A stretch of 26,512 nucleotides of DNA from Bacteroidia bacterium (GTDB taxonomy: Bacteria > Bacteroidota > Bacteroidia > UKL13-3), in assembly GCA_035299275.1 (NCBI GenBank), contig DATGWX010000199.1, positions 1 to 26,512 of the forward strand. Direction: 5' to 3'. Position numbers and translations under genes: made by a program. Of the stretch, positions 24,562-26,512 are shown in pieces. A model generated the notes under the pieces. It saw nothing but the letters and a program-made list of their open reading frames with translations, searched no databases and was not told the DNA's origin. Numbering within the stretch: the stretch's first letter is position 1; the number at the start of each line of letters is the position of its first letter.

Positions 24562-26430
24562 TTAAGAAGAACGATAAGGAATGTCTTTGGTGTTATGGAT
24601 GTAAGGACCAAGAAACACCCGGGCATAAATGCGTATCAGTGATATACCATCAACAATCAGGCTCACCGCAACAATAGCAGCCAGCACAAATTGATTTTCA
24701 TGGATATGACTGAAAATTAAATCCTCACCAATAAAGGTGGGAGTAATGGGAAATCCGGACAAACCCAGACAGGCCAGAAAGAATACGAAGGCCACTTTTT
24801 TGTACTTTACCGCATAACCATAAAACCGATGTAGTGATATGTTGCGTTCTTTTTCTCTGATGTATTGCAAGCACAGGTAACCGACTGTGCCTGACAGTAA
24901 CACACCACTTAGGTAAACCAAGGAATGACTGTAGTCAAAGTGTTCATTGTACGAAATGGCCAATACCGTAAAGCAGTGATTAAGCACAATCAGAATCAGG
25001 GTCATGCGTGCATTTTTACGCTCCACAAAAGAACGAAGTACCATAATAAGTCCCAACGCGGCCAGTACAATCGACATGTAGTTTTTGAGAAAATAAGGAA
25101 TGTACTGTTGGTGGTAGAGTGTGTAAAGGCCTGTTATCAGAACAGCACTGTAAATAACAATGGCTTGTTTTGTTTTCATGTAGCTTACTTTATTCCCTAC
25201 TGTTTTAAGTGCGCCCCACACGTATTTGTACATGAGCCAGTCAAGATTAAACTCTTTTATGCTAAGCATGTACAAGGTGTAAGAAAAGCGCTTCAGCCAT
25301 TTTTTTTCCGGAGTATGATCGGGAGGAGTGAAGTGATAGAATTGCTCACGTATGAGGTAACTTACCAGTGACGGGGAAACCAGCAACTGATACGTACGTA
25401 AAAAAGCATTTCCTGCAAAGTGCATCAAGGCGAGTGTTTCGAATCCTGCCGCTACTTCAATAAAGATAATCCCTATTTGAGCGGCCGATGCGTAGGCAAT
25501 CTGGCTTTTTACCGATGATTGTACGCGGGCAATTAAAGTAGTCACAACTGCTGTAGTCAATCCCAGTATACCAATGATGACTCTCACAGAATATTGATGC
25601 TCCCAGAAGTTGTACGTGCGCAACAATAAAAACACTCCGATATGTACCGATAAGGAACCATAAAAAATAGCACTGGAGGGTGTGGGTCCTTCCATTGCTC
25701 TGGGCAACCACGAAGAAAACGGCAGTTGAGCAGATTTGGCAGCAGCGGCTATCAACAACATCAATGAAATAAAAACACCAACCAGACTATGGCTTTGTAA
25801 ATGCTCATGTACCAATTCATAGTTGTTGAGCTTGATGAAGGTGATGTTTTCATGCCACAAATGATGACTCATCCACATAGCCAGCAGTATTCCTACATCG
25901 CCAATACGGTAAATGCTGAACACCTTCATGGCATTTTTAACCGGCAAATACCTGTGACGGTAAAATGCAATTAACAGGAAAGAGGATATTCCTAAAATCT
26001 CCCAACCCATAAATAGAGTCTCGAAATTTCCTGAAAGTACTGTGATGTTGTATCCTGTGTAAAAGAAAAGAATGGTGTTAAAGAACCTTTTATAGCCGGT
26101 TTCGCGGTGCATATAAAAACGGCTGTATACGGTTACCATTAGTGTTAGCAGGCCTCCAACCAGTAAATACACCAAACTGATTTTATCAAAGAAAAAATCC
26201 AGAGTGAATAAATATCCGGGTGATTCATAAATAACAAGTTCGCTCAAGTTGAGCATTGGGTGTCCGTTCAATAACCAGTATACACTAAAGGAGAGCAGAA
26301 GTAAAAAATTAAGTCCAACGGTAGCAAATACAGCAGAAGAAATAGTGGACTCCTTTTTTTCGTTTATGGTAAGGCTCAACACAAACCCTATAATAGGTAT
26401 GAAGATGAAAAAATGAAGTATATTCTCCAT
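24562..26430 (-). CDS. NuoL/MrpA-like proton-conducting membrane subunit; probable DabB/MpsA-type inorganic-carbon transporter subunit
   Basis: FFDKIS, YSRFYM, GWEILGISSFLLI, YRIGD, KSAQLPFSSWLPRAMEGPTPSSA. No other nuo genes adjacent; flanked by SulP and a probable DUF2309 tail. Confidence 0.85.
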   Translation of the reverse strand: MENILHFFIFIPIIGFVLSLTINEKKESTISSAVFATVGLNFLLLLSFSVYWLLNGHPMLNLSELVIYESPGYLFTLDFFFDKISLVYLLVGGLLTLMVTVYSRFYMHRETGYKRFFNTILFFYTGYNITVLSGNFETLFMGWEILGISSFLLIAFYRHRYLPVKNAMKVFSIYRIGDVGILLAMWMSHHLWHENITFIKLNNYELVHEHLQSHSLVGVFISLMLLIAAAAKSAQLPFSSWLPRAMEGPTPSSAIFYGSLSVHIGVFLLLRTYNFWEHQYSVRVIIGILGLTTAVVTTLIARVQSSVKSQIAYASAAQIGIIFIEVAAGFETLALMHFAGNAFLRTYQLLVSPSLVSYLIREQFYHFTPPDHTPEKKWLKRFSYTLYMLSIKEFNLDWLMYKYVWGALKTVGNKVSYMKTKQAIVIYSAVLITGLYTLYHQQYIPYFLKNYMSIVLAALGLIMVLRSFVERKNARMTLILIVLNHCFTVLAISYNEHFDYSHSLVYLSGVLLSGTVGYLCLQYIREKERNISLHRFYGYAVKYKKVAFVFFLACLGLSGFPITPTFIGEDLIFSHIHENQFVLAAIVAVSLIVDGISLIRIYARVFLGPYIHNTKDIPYRSS

Positions 26431-26432
26431 GA

Positions 26433-26510
26433 TTAGCCGTGTTGAAATAAATGAACAGGAATATCTTCATCTGTTGACTCAATGAGCGAATGAAAATCAC
26501 TCACCTCAGG
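26433..26510 (-). CDS. 3' end of an upstream gene (partial), probably DUF2309/DabA
   Basis: Open frame from the window edge, ...PEVSDFHSLIESTDEDIPVHLFQHG*, stops 2 nt before the DabB-like ATG. It resembles the '(L/I)(I/E)E..EE.(L/I)PV' C-termini I recall for Bacteroidota DUF2309 proteins. Only 25 codons are visible, so the call leans on context. Confidence 0.5.
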   Translation of the reverse strand, partial: PEVSDFHSLIESTDEDIPVHLFQHG

Positions 26511-26512
26511 AA

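Noticed and set aside
24562-26430. Calling this gene nuoL of respiratory complex I
   Set aside because: No neighbouring nuo genes, diverged axis residues, and SulP/DUF2309-like context fit a DAB-type subunit better.
1-26512. CRISPR array, rRNA, IS element or prophage
   Set aside because: No regularly spaced repeats, rRNA-like sequence, transposase or phage genes were seen.

Overview
Chromosomal window from a Bacteroidota bacterium. The assignment rests on TAnnTTTG -7 promoter motifs, A/T-rich translation start regions without Shine-Dalgarno sequences, and GLPGLI-like, DUF4834, DUF2490 and short-form CarB proteins. About 26 CDSs (one partial) and one tRNA-Asn(GTT) are supported. Most genes are housekeeping or envelope genes: GDPD lipoprotein, ArsR, TPR lipoprotein, M1 aminopeptidase, FkbM methyltransferase, carB, PfkB kinase, comEC, enoyl-CoA hydratase, rnhB, a SAM methyltransferase and fhs. 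No CRISPR array, integrase or transposase is visible. Three regions stand out. (1) The right end holds a putative inorganic-carbon uptake operon: 3' tail of a probable DUF2309/DabA gene, NuoL-like DabB, SulP/STAS, and a DUF2490 outer-membrane barrel. It may form a two-membrane CO2/HCO3- import system in a presumed heterotroph. (2) A tightly coupled P-loop kinase + dCMP deaminase pair has the same domain order as the anti-phage AvcD/DcdV enzyme but is split into two genes. (3) A compositionally mosaic patch downstream of tRNA-Asn holds two AT-rich secreted-protein genes, a VWA gene and a GIY-YIG gene, with a short GC-rich motif at both AT-rich boundaries. All calls come from motif recognition by eye; no database searches were run.
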